64,000 nucleotides of DNA from Macrostomum lignano (GCA_002269645.1 NIVC01001817.1:124001-188000), one strand, 5' to 3'; shown: positions 48,989 to 63,021, counted from the first letter of the stretch. Numbers and translations are program-made. Notes: generated from the sequence alone by a model not told the origin.

Positions 48989-51900
48989 ATGGACAAAAAT
49001 GGACCAGACCAGTCTCAACCATTGCGCCGGGCTCCAGTGCCATCAATTGAACTGACTCAGGCTGCCAACACTCACCCTGGCGAGGACAGCCCTCTAGTCT
49101 CTAAACTATCAGTTGAAGAGAAAGATAAAACCTACGAACAATATCAGGAGATTAAGAAAGAGCAGACTGGCAATTTGAATGGCGTGTTAGCCGTATCGGC
49201 ATTCGGTATCTCATTGGGTCTGTCTCTGCCGCATGGATTCAACACTGGCGTGCTCAATCCGCAAGAGCTGCACGTTAAAGAGTTTCTTAACGATAGCTAC
49301 GTTGAACGATATGGCGATGTGCCAACTAGAGCTTCGTTGGAATTGATGTGGTCGCTTGTTGTATCGATCTATCTTATAGGCGGCATGGCTGGTTCGCTGT
49401 CGTTTGGTTTGATTTCGGATAGACTTGGCAGGCGAGTGATGCTATGTTTTGTGCCATCTTTATTAATTAGCTTACAATTCCAATGGACTCCTGTTCGACA
49501 TGCTCAGGCCTTGTGGCTAACCCTGATGGGTGTGAATCGTGGTGGGACTTTTTTGACTCAGCTGCAGGGGATCCGGGCATCCGGATGCGGCGAGGAGGCG
49601 TTGTCGCCAATTTCGCTAACCCCTGGCGACCACAGGCAGCTAGTGCTGCGGTGTCAAGCAGGGAGATCCGGTGGTCCCCCTCCGGACAGTCCAGGTGGTA
49701 GATGGTCGCTCGTCCGGTAGTTTTTAGGTAGCGGACGAGCTAGCAGAGATTATAGGGCCTGAAAATATTGGGGAGGTCCAGATTTGGGCCGAGGTAGGTG
49801 TGCCTGTTCTGATTAAATACGGGGCATTCGCAGATAAAGTGCTCCGCATTCTCGACACCGGAGAGGCAGAAAGGGCATTCCTCGCTACGGTTTTTTCCCT
49901 GGAAGTGATGAAGCCTGGCAAAACAGCCATGTCCCAAGAGGGCCATGATCACCACCCTGATGTCCCTGCGGCTGAGTCCAAGCTGGGCCCTGCGGAGGGC
50001 GGAGGAAGGACAGGGGACAGTCGCTCGGGATTGCCAGCAGTCGGGGGCGTTAGCCCACCCCTCCCTGTCGTTGTGGGATAGTCAGATGCTTTTACCGTTA
50101 AGCTGCTCTGCCCCATCACTCGCCTGTGTTCAAAGCTTATTTTTACGCCTAAATCGGTTTTTTGACGGATAAAATCTGCAGATGACATTTTACCCTTTTT
50201 TATTGCTAGCAGAGTTTTCTACAAGTCAAACAGTAATTCAAATTCATATTGCAGCGCTAATGAAATCTGTTTAATTATAATAAGGCTTCAGTTCTGCAGG
50301 TTTCGGAAAAGATTAATCTCCTGCTTTTTTGAGGATTAGTCAAGGATGTCTAATTTATTTCCTGTTGCTAGGCCAGCGCAGGGATTCGATCTAATTACTG
50401 ATGAAGCTCTCTCTTCGTCGCCTAGGCCTTTTCCGTTGCAATTATATCTCCGAATCCTCACTCTGTGCTAGCCCTAATGAACTCTCAATTAATTAATGAT
50501 AATTGAACAATTTAAACAGGAAAAAGGCTGCCTACGTGTTTCTAGCATTTGTGGCACTAAGTTCTGTATTCTATGCCCTGTGCAAGGTAGCCAATTCAAT
50601 GGAGATGCTATTCTTGGCTAGACTGATCTCCGGGTTCGGGTGCGGTAAGTCCTATTATTATAATACTGAGCTGATTGACAGCTCTGTGCGTGAAGCGTGC
50701 ATGTCAAATCTATATAGTTTTCTGTATAAGGGGAAAAATCCCCCTTTCACAGAATAGAGCTTTGAATGAATGCCTCTTTCTTATATGGCTTCCTTTTTGA
50801 ACATAAAAATCTCGCCCATTTATTATAATCGTCATTAATATATTTATTTTTGAAACCGTTGGCACTCGTTTTTCTTTTGTGCGTTTAAGTGGCGCGGGTG
50901 TGTCTGATGCACTGTCTACTTTATCTCTGTCTGTCTGCCTTTGTAGCCTTGCCTCTCGAGATTTTGTTCACCCTATAGTCGCTGTAAACGCTTCGCTGCG
51001 CAACGTCCACGGGGTAATAATGTCTACATCGGGAGGCCGGGAGGCCACACCATCTTTATGTTAATATATATATATTGTCCTATTCTACTCTGTGTCTTGA
51101 CTGAAGCGATTCTTTAGCGCACAGAACAAAAGCTTTTTTCTTTAACTAACTGCCCCACCCCATCTTTTATTCTCATCTTTCATTCTCTCTCTCTTTCTCC
51201 ATGTGCATTTCTCTGTGGGCCCATTGCACTCTTAACCAGAAAGAATCTAGTCAGTCATTATACAATGGCTTAGGTTAGGTAATACAACCTTATTATTATA
51301 GCCTCTGGTTTTGAGGCTTCTTTTTTCTATCTATCTGCTTGCATACATGTATATGCGCTAAGCAAGTTAAGGATATAGTAGAGTGAACTACAGTTTGGCA
51401 AAAATGTGGGAATAGAAACTAGTTTGGGATAATGATGGTGCGGGATTTTCTCGCTTTCGTCGACAGCACGTGACTGTGTGCACTTGTGTGTGTCCGTGGG
51501 CCCGTGTTAGAGGACTCCCTAATCCTCTCTCTCCCTTCTGGTTGGGCTTTGCCCCCCCCTCTTCCCACTTTTTCTCTAGGCCACGCCTTTTCCTTTCGTC
51601 TATCGTGTCCTCTCCCTGTCCTCGCACACCCTCTTTGCCCGTCCCCACTCGGTCGGCTTCGGTCGATGCGTTCAGCTAAAAAAAGCATGCGGAGGCGGCG
51701 CAGGTCTTCTATGTGCGAAGACTTAGGGGAAGCTGTAGTTCGTTCAGGCACGCTTTCTACACTCGAAAGCAGATTTGTTTGAAACCGATACCCTAACTGG
51801 GTGTTATATTTCTATCTATCTAAATGCATTTGAATCAGTTTTCCTGCATTCGCTTTTGTAAGAGTTAGAGTCGCAGGGTTGCGTGCGTTAGTAAAGTTAT

Positions 51901-54196
51901 ACTCGAATCTGACTTTCTCATCGCTTAGTGAAAACATATAGATAAGCTAGTAACATTCAAGTCGGACAAAATCAATGCGAGTTTGTTGTTGGATCAATTT
52001 TAAAATAAATCATTTTTTGGCTTCTTCGTTTTAGGCGCAGTAATGAACTAGAAGTCCTATCTGATAAACTGTGTTTCTTTCTAACACGATTTTGCTACTG
52101 GCATCGTTTGGAAGCCTTTAAAAAGTTCTGGAATGTACTATTATTAACTGCCTTGACAAGAAAACCGAGAGCCAAACTACATTAAGCTCGTAATTGAGTG
52201 TTGCTATAGATGCCTAGAAGCTGATAAGAGCATTTCGTAGGATAATGGGATAGATCGCTGCTAGTTTGATTTGGTCCGGTTTGAACGGAGTCTATGCTAG
52301 CGAGAAATAACGAGGTCTGCCATAGAAGCCGAGTCCCATAAGCGTGGCCAAAGCCTAAATAGAAACATCTCATTTTTAGCATACTAATAGTATTGCTTTT
52401 GTCAGCCTAACTGAGAATAAAGCCACCCAAAATGAGAACCCTGCCTACGCTGACTGCGAAGGGCCTAGCTGCGTGCAGCCTTAGTCTATGGGCCATAGAC
52501 AATAGGACAAGCAAAGTGATAAAAAGCCATCCAATGTGAGAATCGATTGGTCTATGCGTCGTATTCTTTTATTTTTATACCTTCTGAGCTTCTGAGCCAT
52601 ATGACTAGCCAATCCTAGCTTATCCTTTATAGTCTATGGCTCATAGGCTAGGCTGGACGCAGCTAGGCCCTTCGTATTCAGCGTAGGCAGGATTCTCACA
52701 TTGGATGGCTTTTTATCACTTTGCTAATCCTTTATAGTCTATGGCCCATAGACTAAGGCTGCACGCAGCCAGGCCCTTCGCAGTCAGCGTAGGCAGGATT
52801 CTCACTTTGGATGGCTTTATTCTCAGTTAGGCTGACAAAACCAATACATTAATACCCATGCTTTAAGGGCGTTAATGGGAAAATCGGAGGGCGCCATTTA
52901 TTCGAGTTTTTTTATTAACTTAGCGCGACGAATCGTTAGAAAAGAAAAGCATCTTGTCTCTGTGAAAAGCTCAAACCGTTTCTTCTATTTTGGCTCATCG
53001 TTCCATATTGCATGACAAATTAAGTTGTCTATGGCTTACTGTCTCGACTTGATTCAAGCGCTGGGCCATAGAACCCCATGGGCCGTTCCGTTTTAGATGT
53101 CCCCAGTTCCATATAGCATGACAAAAGGAATAGCTCTTTTACACTGTAGATTCTGATTTAAGTGTGACCGTGCGAAAACAAATAAATGAAATAAACAGCT
53201 AGACCATAGACTATTGCACCAGTGCAAGTGAGATGTAAACACTATTCTGTAGTCTATGGCCGGGTCCAAGCTGAGATTGATTAGTGCCCACTGCTTTCAA
53301 TCGAGCAGCAGCCTCTGGCTTATAACTGCACTAGGCCATAGACGATACTACTCGTAAAGCCAATCAATTTATTGCCCTGAGTACCCAGCTGCACTCTCCC
53401 ACAGACTGCAAGCAAAGCAAGCTTTTTATGACTCTATTACTGGTTAGAATACAATCAAGTAAAGAATTACAAAGCAAAATACTCTGGCCACAGAACTATG
53501 ATTAGCTTTATTGGTCTTGTCAAGTGCAGTTCTATGCCAGCAAATGGGGATTTTTAATTTAATCGGTTCAATCATTAACTTCAGTGACAAATGGGCAGAT
53601 ACTAATGTCGTGCTATTTTGGAAAAGTAATCCATCAAAATGGTAAAAATTTCACTAAAAAAGAACCCTATGACAGTTTTCGACGATGGGGTTTATTGTGT
53701 AATTTCCTACACTTACGAGTAACTGCTTTGTCTGCCCTTCCTGTACCATTAAGATAACAATCCAAGTTACATACACTTAATTAGCAATGCTTGATTCTAG
53801 TTAGCTTAGTTTACTGATGAAAAATTCCATCTATTTTGGAGGAATGATTTATCTTTTAGCCATGTCTTTTTGTACTTTAATAACAATATATTTGTAATAC
53901 GCCATCTATATTTTCTCACAGCATGCCGTTTCGTCTGTTAGTTGCTTGTCCGTCTGTACTTTTGTGTGGATTGGAAGGAGTTTGTGGGTCTTATTTCTCC
54001 GCCTGACTGTCTGATCTGCTGTCGTTAAGTTTTCTGCCTTTAGCCAAATGCCGTCGCCCGTCTTGTCCTAGCTTATTGGCTTTCTAACGGGAGTTTACTT
54101 GTACAGCTACAATGTTGTAGTTTCTGTTTTTAGTCTGCCTGTCTGTCTGTATGTGTCTGTGTGTGTGTGTGTATGTCTGTTTGTGTCTGTCTTTCC

Positions 54197-54227
<31 letters not shown>

Positions 54228-54228
54228 G

Positions 54229-54273
<45 letters not shown>

Positions 54274-54293
54274 GCCTGTCCTGTCTGTCTGCC

Positions 54294-54326
<33 letters not shown>

Positions 54327-54395
54327 GCCTGTCCTGTCTGTCTGTCTGTCTGTCTGTCTGCCTGCCTGTCTGTCTGTCTGTCTTTTTGTCTTGCC

Positions 54396-54450
<55 letters not shown>

Positions 54451-57400
54451 GTCTGTCTATGTCTGTCTATGTCTGCCTATCTGTCTGTCTGTCTGTCTGT
54501 CTGCCTGTGTGTCTGTCTGTGTCCTACCTGCCTGTTTTCACTCGCCCATGTCCGTCTGAATGATCAGAGTTATTTATTAAATTATTGCTTTTCAAAATCT
54601 AATTGCCCCCTGCTTTCAAGTAAAAAATCTACAGGTTTTTTCCTTACTACAGGTTCCTCAATTTGCTAATTTATAGGTTCTCACAGCGCATGAAATACTT
54701 CGAATATATTTCTACTACTGAAGCTGACCCATCTATATTATAAATTCCCCTATAATTTATGACCTAATTACCAGGCGCGGGCTCCGGCCTATCTCCTCTA
54801 TTCTTAACCGAAATCGCTCCTGTGAACATTCGCGGCGCTATGGGCGTCCTGCACCAGCTTATGCTCACTGTTGGCATCCTGGTATCGCAGCTGCTTGGCC
54901 TCAGCCAACTGCTAGGCCAATCCGACACCTGGCCTTACCTGTGCGCCCTTGTCTCCGCTCCCTGCCTATTCTGCCTGGCCGTAGTGCCATTCATACCGGA
55001 CTCGCCGCGCTACTTAGTGGTACAATTAAATGACGAAATTGCCGCGGAGAAAGCGTTGAAGAAGCTTCGCAAAAATGAGCACGTCTCCGCTGCTATGCTA
55101 GAATTGCGGATGGATCGCAGGCGCGCTGAACTGCAACCTCCTTGGACTATCGGCATGATTCTGAAGGAGAAGAACTTCCGTTTACCCCTGCTGCTAGTGG
55201 TTGGGGTTAATCTTGCCCAGCAGTTGTCCGGCATTAACGTAGCTTTCTACTATAGTCACAATGTGTTGAAACGGTCCGGCATTCCTCTTGATGCTATTCA
55301 ATACGCTGTTATTGCTATTGGCGCGATCAATGTGGCTATGACTGGTGTGTCGGTAAGTAGCATTTGCTCATTATTTTCTCATATCAGTTTTTTTCTCTAT
55401 CAATGTTTGGCATGCTCTGATTGGTGCTATGTAGAAATGTAGAAAAGTGAAGCCGAGTATGACCAAAATCTTCAAATCCTTAATTAGTATCACCTCCCTA
55501 TTTCCCTAATCCTAAATGGGGACTAAATTCTACTTTCTCTAATCCCTATTGGGACTGAATTCCAATTTATCTAATTCATAATTGGGACTAAATCCCACTT
55601 TCTCTAATCCCTTAGTTTGGGCTGAATCCAACTTTCTCTAATCCCCTAATTGGGACTGAATCCCACTTTCTTTAATCCATTATTGGGACTAAATCTCACT
55701 TTCTCTAATCCCCTAATTGGGGTTGTATCTCACTTTCTCTAATGCCCTAATTAGGGCTGTATCCCTTTTTCTCTAATCCTCTAATTGGGGCTGTATCTCA
55801 CTTTCTCTAATCCCCTAACTGGGGCTGTATCCCTCTTTCTCTAATCCTCTAATTGGGGCTGTATCTCACTTTCTCTAATCCCCTAATTGGGGCTGTATCC
55901 CTCTTTCTCTAATCCCCTAATTGGGGCTGTATCTCACTTTCTCTAATCCCCTAATTGGGGCTGTATCCCTCTTTCTCTAATCCCCTAATTGGGGTTGTAT
56001 CTCACTTTCTCTAATCCCCTAATTAGGGCTGTATCCCTCTTTCTCTAATCCCCTAATAGGGGCTGTATCTCACTTTCTCTAATCCCCTAATTGGGACTAA
56101 ATCTCACTTTTTCTAACCCTCAACCAATACTAAACACGTGTCCCTCTAATCAAAACTAAATTGTACCTTCCTCGATCCCTATTTTGTTTTAAATGTGTAA
56201 TTTTTCTAATCTTTAATTAAATAATTTAATTACGGCTTGGATGCTTTCTTTTAACTCGTTAATATCTAGCTAGCTACCTATTGTATTCTTATGTGTGCTT
56301 TAATCCCACTTGGCAACATGCTAAACATTATATAAACTTTTTATTATATTTGTTGTACTGTTTGTCAACTAAGTGTGTCACTAAGTGTTATACTGTAAGT
56401 TCTTAACGTTTTCTTTCAGAAATTTAGAGTTTGTTGTGTCCCTTAATCGTTGGTAAGACCATAAACGGTTTGTATCGGTTTAATTTTGCGTTCATTCATA
56501 AATTAAGAACATTAAGTAATTATTGATTAAGTAATAAATTATTAAAGCTATAATTATTGATTCGCAATGGAACATGATGATTTACTAATTAATTAATTAT
56601 GTACTTTTTCATAGGCAACTTCACCTCAAATAAGGAGATTCTCAAGTATAAAAGTGCATTTATTCATTCAGTTCATACAGTTTCATAGTTTTATTGTCTG
56701 TCGCAATATTTGCAGCTAGAATTACCACCAATTTTACAGCTTGCTTGAGGGCCATTGGACACAGCGCAAGAAAAAAAGAATAGAACAGTTTTGCGTCAGT
56801 GTAAATTTCAAGTATTCAGCTCTAATAGATACAAAAGATGCAGCTCATATCTGTGTATGTGCCCTGTTGCGGAGTATTTATAGTTATACAAGTGTGAGAT
56901 ATACAGCCTATGGCGCAGTGGGTCAATTGTGTATAGAGCAATACTGGGGCTATTTTTCTGTGCAAAATGGTTACTGATAAATAACTCTTGTCTTTCTGGA
57001 CACTGAGGCTAAGACTGGGCTAAGTTTGTGGCAATCTTTTTTTTCTCCAAGCTGCTGACCTCATTTGATTGACAGGACTCGCACAATTTCTTTTTCTGTT
57101 GTGTAAGCATTGTGTTTTTGTCAGCTGTTTTTTAAGAAAGAGAAAAAAACAAAAAATAAAGGTGAAAATCTAATGGTAATTTATCATCCTACTTTTAGTA
57201 GTGCAATGATTGCAATGATCGTGTTTTTTTTGAATTTTGAAATTATTCTTAAGCGCTAATGATTAATGATGCGAAAATATGTTTTTTAAATCGAGTCATC
57301 TTCAGTGCTTAAAAACCGTTTTTAAGGTACCATTTTTGTTAAAATATTGTTTATCAGAGTGCATTAAATTTGAGTGCATCTAAAGTAAAACAAATTCTAA

Positions 57401-59143
57401 AAAAAAAAAAATACGAATTAGTAAACGAATTTCACAAAGTACAAAGTAATAAAACACATATTGGATAGTAAAGCGATAAGTTAAATACAAACAATTAGTA
57501 ACCAGTTGGAAGTAATAAAAAGTACTATCATATTATCGAAGTATAAAAATTGAATTCTAATCTACTGCAGGTTGCACTAGTTGAAAAGTTTGGTCGCAAG
57601 CTACTACTATTAGTATCGCACGTTGGCATGTTCATCGCCGCCTGCCTACTGACCGTGGCCCTAAATGCTATGACTCACTTCGATGCGGATTGGATGGCCT
57701 ACGTTGCCGTGATATCATTGGTTAGTTTTGTTGTCATGTTCGCTAGCGGCCTGGGCTGCATTCCGCAGTTTCTCGGCTCCGAGCTGTTCCTGACTGGGCC
57801 AAGGCCTGCCGCCATGGCTCTGGCCGCTTTTGGCAATTGGCTGGGAAATCTCTTTGTGGGATTGCTGTTCCCATTTATGGCCGTGAGTGTTCACATATTG
57901 CATAGCTCCCTTGTGTCTTTTATTGCATTCACACCATATAACTAGAATTCACATACATGCTTCACACATACTGTATCGTGTTCGCATATTGCATAGTTTC
58001 CCCTGTGTCTTTTATTGCATTCACATCATATGACTAGAATTCACATACAGGCTTCTCACATACTGTATAGTGTTCACATATTGCATAGCTCCCTTGTGTC
58101 TTTTATTGCATTCACATCATATAACTAGAATTCACATACATGCTTCACACATACTGTATCGTGTTCGCATATTGCATAGTTTCCCCTGTGTCTTTTATTG
58201 CATTCACATCATATGACTAGAATTCACATACAGGCTTCTCACATACTGTATAGTGTTCACATATTGCATAGCTCCCTTGTGTCTTTTATTGCATTCACAT
58301 CATATAACTAGAATTCACATACATGCTTCACACATACTGTATCGTGTTCGCATATTGCATAGTTTCCCCTGTGTCTTTTATTGCATTCACATCATATGAC
58401 TAGAATTCACTTACATGCTTCACACATACTGTATAGTGTTCGCATATTGCATAGTTTCCCTTGTGTCTTTTATTGCATTCGCATCATATGACTAGAATTC
58501 ACATACAGGCTTCTCACATACTGTATAGTGTTCGCATATTGCATAGTTTCCCTTGTGTCTTTTATTGCATTCGCATCATATGACTAGAATTCACATACAT
58601 GCTTCTCACATACTGTATCGTGTTCACATACATCATATATAGTGTTCACGTCTATCATATAGTATAGTATATATAGTATATGATCTATATTATAGTATAG
58701 TATAGTATATATAATATACGTTCACATCTATTCTATATAGTGTTCACAGTTCACAAATTCTACTTTCACTTTTCCTGTTCCAGCCTTCACGTAGTTAATG
58801 TATTAACAAAATACCTAAATGCAATACCGCTACCTCACAGGTATTCATGGGCAACTGGTGTTTCGTACCGTTCCTACTATGCTTGGCCGCCTCATTCGTG
58901 TTTCTATTTATCAAACTACCCGAGACCAAAGGTCGCACACCCGACGACATGGCCGCTCTGTTTGGCACGGACTATGGCATGCCGAAAATAACCAGTCGCA
59001 GTTCAAACATGCTAGAAGTGGTCAGCGATCACCTCGTGCACATGCACAACGACGAGGACACCAATAATAGAATGCCAGTGCCGGACAAAGCTATTAAAGA
59101 GTACATCGCGTCCCAGAATAGCGTGAGAAAGGTGGAAGTTTAA
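48989..59143 (+). CDS. Facilitative sugar transporter (GLUT/SLC2A family); join(48989..49431,50520..50644,54775..55352,57571..57882,58841..59143), about 586 aa
   Basis: [58 protein letters not shown]. Phases are consistent if intron 1 uses a GC donor. Confidence 0.92.
49450..50110 (-). mobile_element. 3' end of the same LINE family, antisense in GLUT intron 1
   Basis: Minus strand reads [44 protein letters not shown], followed by a 3' UTR and AATAAA. Confidence 0.85.
52391..52846. mobile_element. Foldback MITE with about 140-bp inverted arms in GLUT intron 2
   Basis: TATTGCTTTTGTCAGCCTAACTGAGAATAAAGCC.. is mirrored at ..GGCTTTATTCTCAGTTAGGCTGACAAAACCAATA; compatible with a TA TSD. Confidence 0.8.
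54135..54530. repeat. (CTGT)n microsatellite
   Basis: Read directly from the sequence. Confidence 0.97.
55520..56115. repeat. About 34-bp minisatellite CCCCTAATTGGGGCTGTATCTCACTTTCTCTAAT in GLUT intron 3
   Basis: Read directly from the sequence. Confidence 0.9.
57885..58625. repeat. About 91-92 bp tandem repeat with a 183-bp dimer period, in GLUT intron 4
   Basis: TTGCATAGCT recurs at 57898, 58081 and 58264. Confidence 0.9.
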
Positions 59144-59235
59144 AATCTGATTTTCTGCCCTTAGGATCGGATTAAGAGATCACCCGATCATAATTTTTTA
59201 TACAGTGGAACTACTCAAGGGGAAATTTGTTAATA

Positions 59236-59785
59236 CCTGATCTAAGTACAGTGAGATTAGATATATCTGATCTAAATATACTGAGAATAGATATCTCTGA
59301 TCCAAATACAGTGAGATTAGATATCTCTGATCTAAATACAGTGAGATTAGTTATATCTGATCTAACTAAAATGAGATTATATATCTCTAATCTAAATATA
59401 GTGAGAATAGAAATCTCTGATCTAAATACAGTGAGAATAGATATCACTGAACTAAATACAGTGAGAATATATATCACTGATCTAAATACAGTGAGATTAG
59501 ATATATCTGATCTAAATACAGTGAGATTAGATATCTCTGATCTAAATATACTGAGAATAGATATCTCTGATCCAAATACAGTGAGATTAGATATCTCTGA
59601 TCTAAATACAGTGAGATTAGTTATATCTGATCTAACTAAAATGAGATTATATATCTCTAATCTAAATATAGTGAGAATAGAAATCTCTGATCTAAATACA
59701 GTGAGAATAGATATCACTGAACTAAATACAGTGAGAATATATATCACTGATCTAAATACAGTGAGATTAGATATATCTGATCTAA
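59236..59785. repeat. 30-bp minisatellite with a 270-bp higher-order duplication, just 3' of the GLUT stop
   Basis: The variant block CTGAGAATAGATATCTCTGATCCAAATACA occurs at 59281 and 59551. Confidence 0.93.
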
Positions 59786-61550
59786 GACAAAAAAGAAATT
59801 CTAATTTTTCATACTTACAATGATACGAACAGTAATCTTGTGTTATTACTGGTTGGTAACTTTTTACCTCGGATGTTGAAAAGTGGTAACAATCTTATGT
59901 TTTTAATTAGTTACAGGTAATCTCAGTATATCAGATTGCCACGAAATGCACGAATCTTTTTGTTTTAATTGCAGTGAAGATATGGATTGAGAGTTTGTCC
60001 ACTTTTATTTGCGCACGTTGACGTTTGTTTTTAGCGCTGTAGTATTTTTATTACTATTGTTGAGTATGTAGTTTTATCAACTGTTTTTTGTTATCATAAT
60101 TATCTTTTATGTGAATAAAAAACCGGAAAACCATTTTCTTCTTTTTAAAACATTTTCAATCAACTAAACAACGGTTTCAGATTTACGTAAAAGCACAATA
60201 CATCTAAATTTTACGTCCATATCTAGTCACTCGTAGTAATGTAGTTGGTTATTAAAAGTACACATTAATTATACTTTTACTGTAATATTATGTATTATTT
60301 GTAAATATTTTGTATTTTGTATCTTAGGCGAGGTGAACAGAAAAAAATGTTAATTTGGTGTGTTAAGCGTACCGTGTTTTTTGTTATTATTTTTCAAACC
60401 ATTTGAATCTCTGTATCAGGTGTTTTCAACTATACAATTTGTTTATATAATGCTAATATTCATAATTGATTACTAATCATTTGGCGTGTTATTTTATTGT
60501 GTTTGAAATATTGTGTTAATCAATTAATTTTTGTGTCATATTTTCCCTATCACAATCTCTCTCTGTTTCACACAAATTTGAGTTCCCTAATAAACTATAT
60601 TATGTTAACGCAATATATATTTACTACTAATCAAGTTGGCACTGTTGCTTTATTTTTGTCAGGATCTTAGTAGTATATTATACTTTATGTTGTTCAGAGT
60701 TTTCAGGTTTTTTTGTAATGCATTGTATATTGTATGAAGTTATTGGCTCAATTTTGCATATTAATAATCAAGTTACTGTGTTGTTTCTATTACACTATAC
60801 CAATAGTAATTCTGATGATGCTCTGAATGGTACACACAATCATACATATTATTTTGAAGTATAAATACTTTTAGGAATTGGTTTTGTTGAATTGAATATA
60901 GGTTTCAATGTAGCAGTAGATGCAATGATTCTTGCCGTATAAGTTATTGACTTTGTCATGATACCGTTATTATGTTTAAATCATATTTAGAAACATCTCT
61001 GTATATAGATATAGATAGATCATACTCGTATATATAGTCTTTCCGTTCCGTCTCGATTATACAAATTAAAATACTCGTATTGAAAACCAAGTATGCTCAT
61101 TGCACCCATTCTTATATCTGTGAAACCCAAATACTCGTATTGTATAAATATTTTTAAAATCTGAATAAATATCCCAAAACAGCTGTTTCCTGTAGATTTA
61201 ATTTTTTATTTAGTAGAAACCCGCGCATTCGACTTAGTTGGTATTATAACTGTTAGACTATGCACCAGCTGTGTTGCAGTTTATAGAACTGTTGCTATGC
61301 ATAATTGCATGTTGTTGTTGAATAGTTAGTTAAAGAGGATAAATAAAAAGATGGCCTAGATTTTGTGCACAACTAGCTGTTTAGTTAAATCTAGATTTAT
61401 CTTGGACTTTGTTATTTTTAAAATAAAAATATTTATTTTAGGATAGGACGAGTTTAAAAAAGCCAAATCTAGTGTGTGTGCATAACTAAAAAGAGAGAAA
61501 GGGGATGGCGCCCCAGCCGGCGTTCATCTTGCCAGCTTGTTATGTTAACA

Positions 61551-61770
61551 CTGACTTCGACCTCTCTCCTCACTGCTCACTCATTGGCTGAGCTCGATTA
61601 AGCCTGCCCTCTATATTGAGTTTCGTCCGTCTGACTTTGACCTCTCTCCGTACTGCTCTCTCATTGGCTGAGCCAGATTGGGCCTGCCCTATAGACTGAG
61701 TTTCGTCCGTCTGACTTTGACCTCTCTCCTCACTGCTCTCTCATTGGCTGAGCTAGATTGGGCCTCCCCC
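61551..61770. repeat. 80-bp repeat, about 2.8 copies
   Basis: CTGACTT(C/T)GACCTCTCTCC starts at 61551, 61631 and 61711. Confidence 0.9.
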
Positions 61771-62213
61771 AGACTGTCTTGCGTTCACTTGTGTACGTGT
61801 TAAAAGCTCATTCACACCCAATATGCTCCTGACCCCGCAAACACCGAGGAAGGCAAGGCAATTTTAGCTTCCTCGTTAAATTGAAGTGACACTGCGCAGA
61901 CAAAATACTTAAAATAGTAAATGCTCTACTTTTATCTTAAATTTAATTAGCAGTGACATCTAGTTTTTCGAGAATTTGTGATTTCTTCTTATAGTGGATT
62001 TCCAACAATTTTTCTCAAGTGTAAACAATCAATAAAAGGGATAATTATTTGAATAGTTCTGGACTTTATAAGCAGAAAATACTGACATTAGCGAATTAAA
62101 TATTTTCTAGAAATTATTAACTTCCAGTGTTTCTCATCGTTTAATTTTAACTACTATTTATACTCCTAGCGTCCAAATTAGAGTCACGAGTTTAGAAAAA
62201 TCCATTTAACTTC

Positions 62214-62412
62214 ATGCTGACAAACTGGGCCTTGCATTATCAAATGTCGAATTCTTCAGGACAGCCACAGCAACCACCGCACAATGAATTCGCGGAGCCG
62301 CAGTTTTCCGATTTAGATATGATGATTACCAGGAAATTGGTCAGCTTGGTTGAATGGAGTAAGTTTGATCTGTCTTTCTATTTATCTGTCTATCTATCTG
62401 TCTGTCTGTCTT

Positions 62413-62447
<35 letters not shown>

Positions 62448-62496
62448 GTCTATCTGTCTATCTGTCTATCTATCTATCTATCTATCTGTCTATCTG

Positions 62497-62547
<51 letters not shown>

Positions 62548-62556
62548 GTCTATCTG

Positions 62557-62643
<87 letters not shown>

Positions 62644-62929
62644 TTCTATCTATCTGTCAATCAATCAATCTATCTATCTATCTATCTATCTATATCTATC
62701 TATCTATCTAGCTTTATAATCTATCTATCTATCTATCTATCTATCTGTCTGTCTGTCTCTTTCTATCTATCTGTCAATCAATCAATCTATCTATCGATCT
62801 ATCTATCTATCTACCTATCTTTATAATCTATCTGTCTATCTATCTATCTATCTGTCTGTCTGTCTGTCTTTTTATCTATCTGTCAATCAATCAATCTATC
62901 AATCTATCTATCTATCTGTCAATCAATCA

Positions 62930-63021
<92 letters not shown>

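Noticed and set aside
27030-50420. Hammerhead-like CTGATGA words (27035-27165, 50398)
   Set aside because: No GAAA core or flanking helices in the required arrangement.
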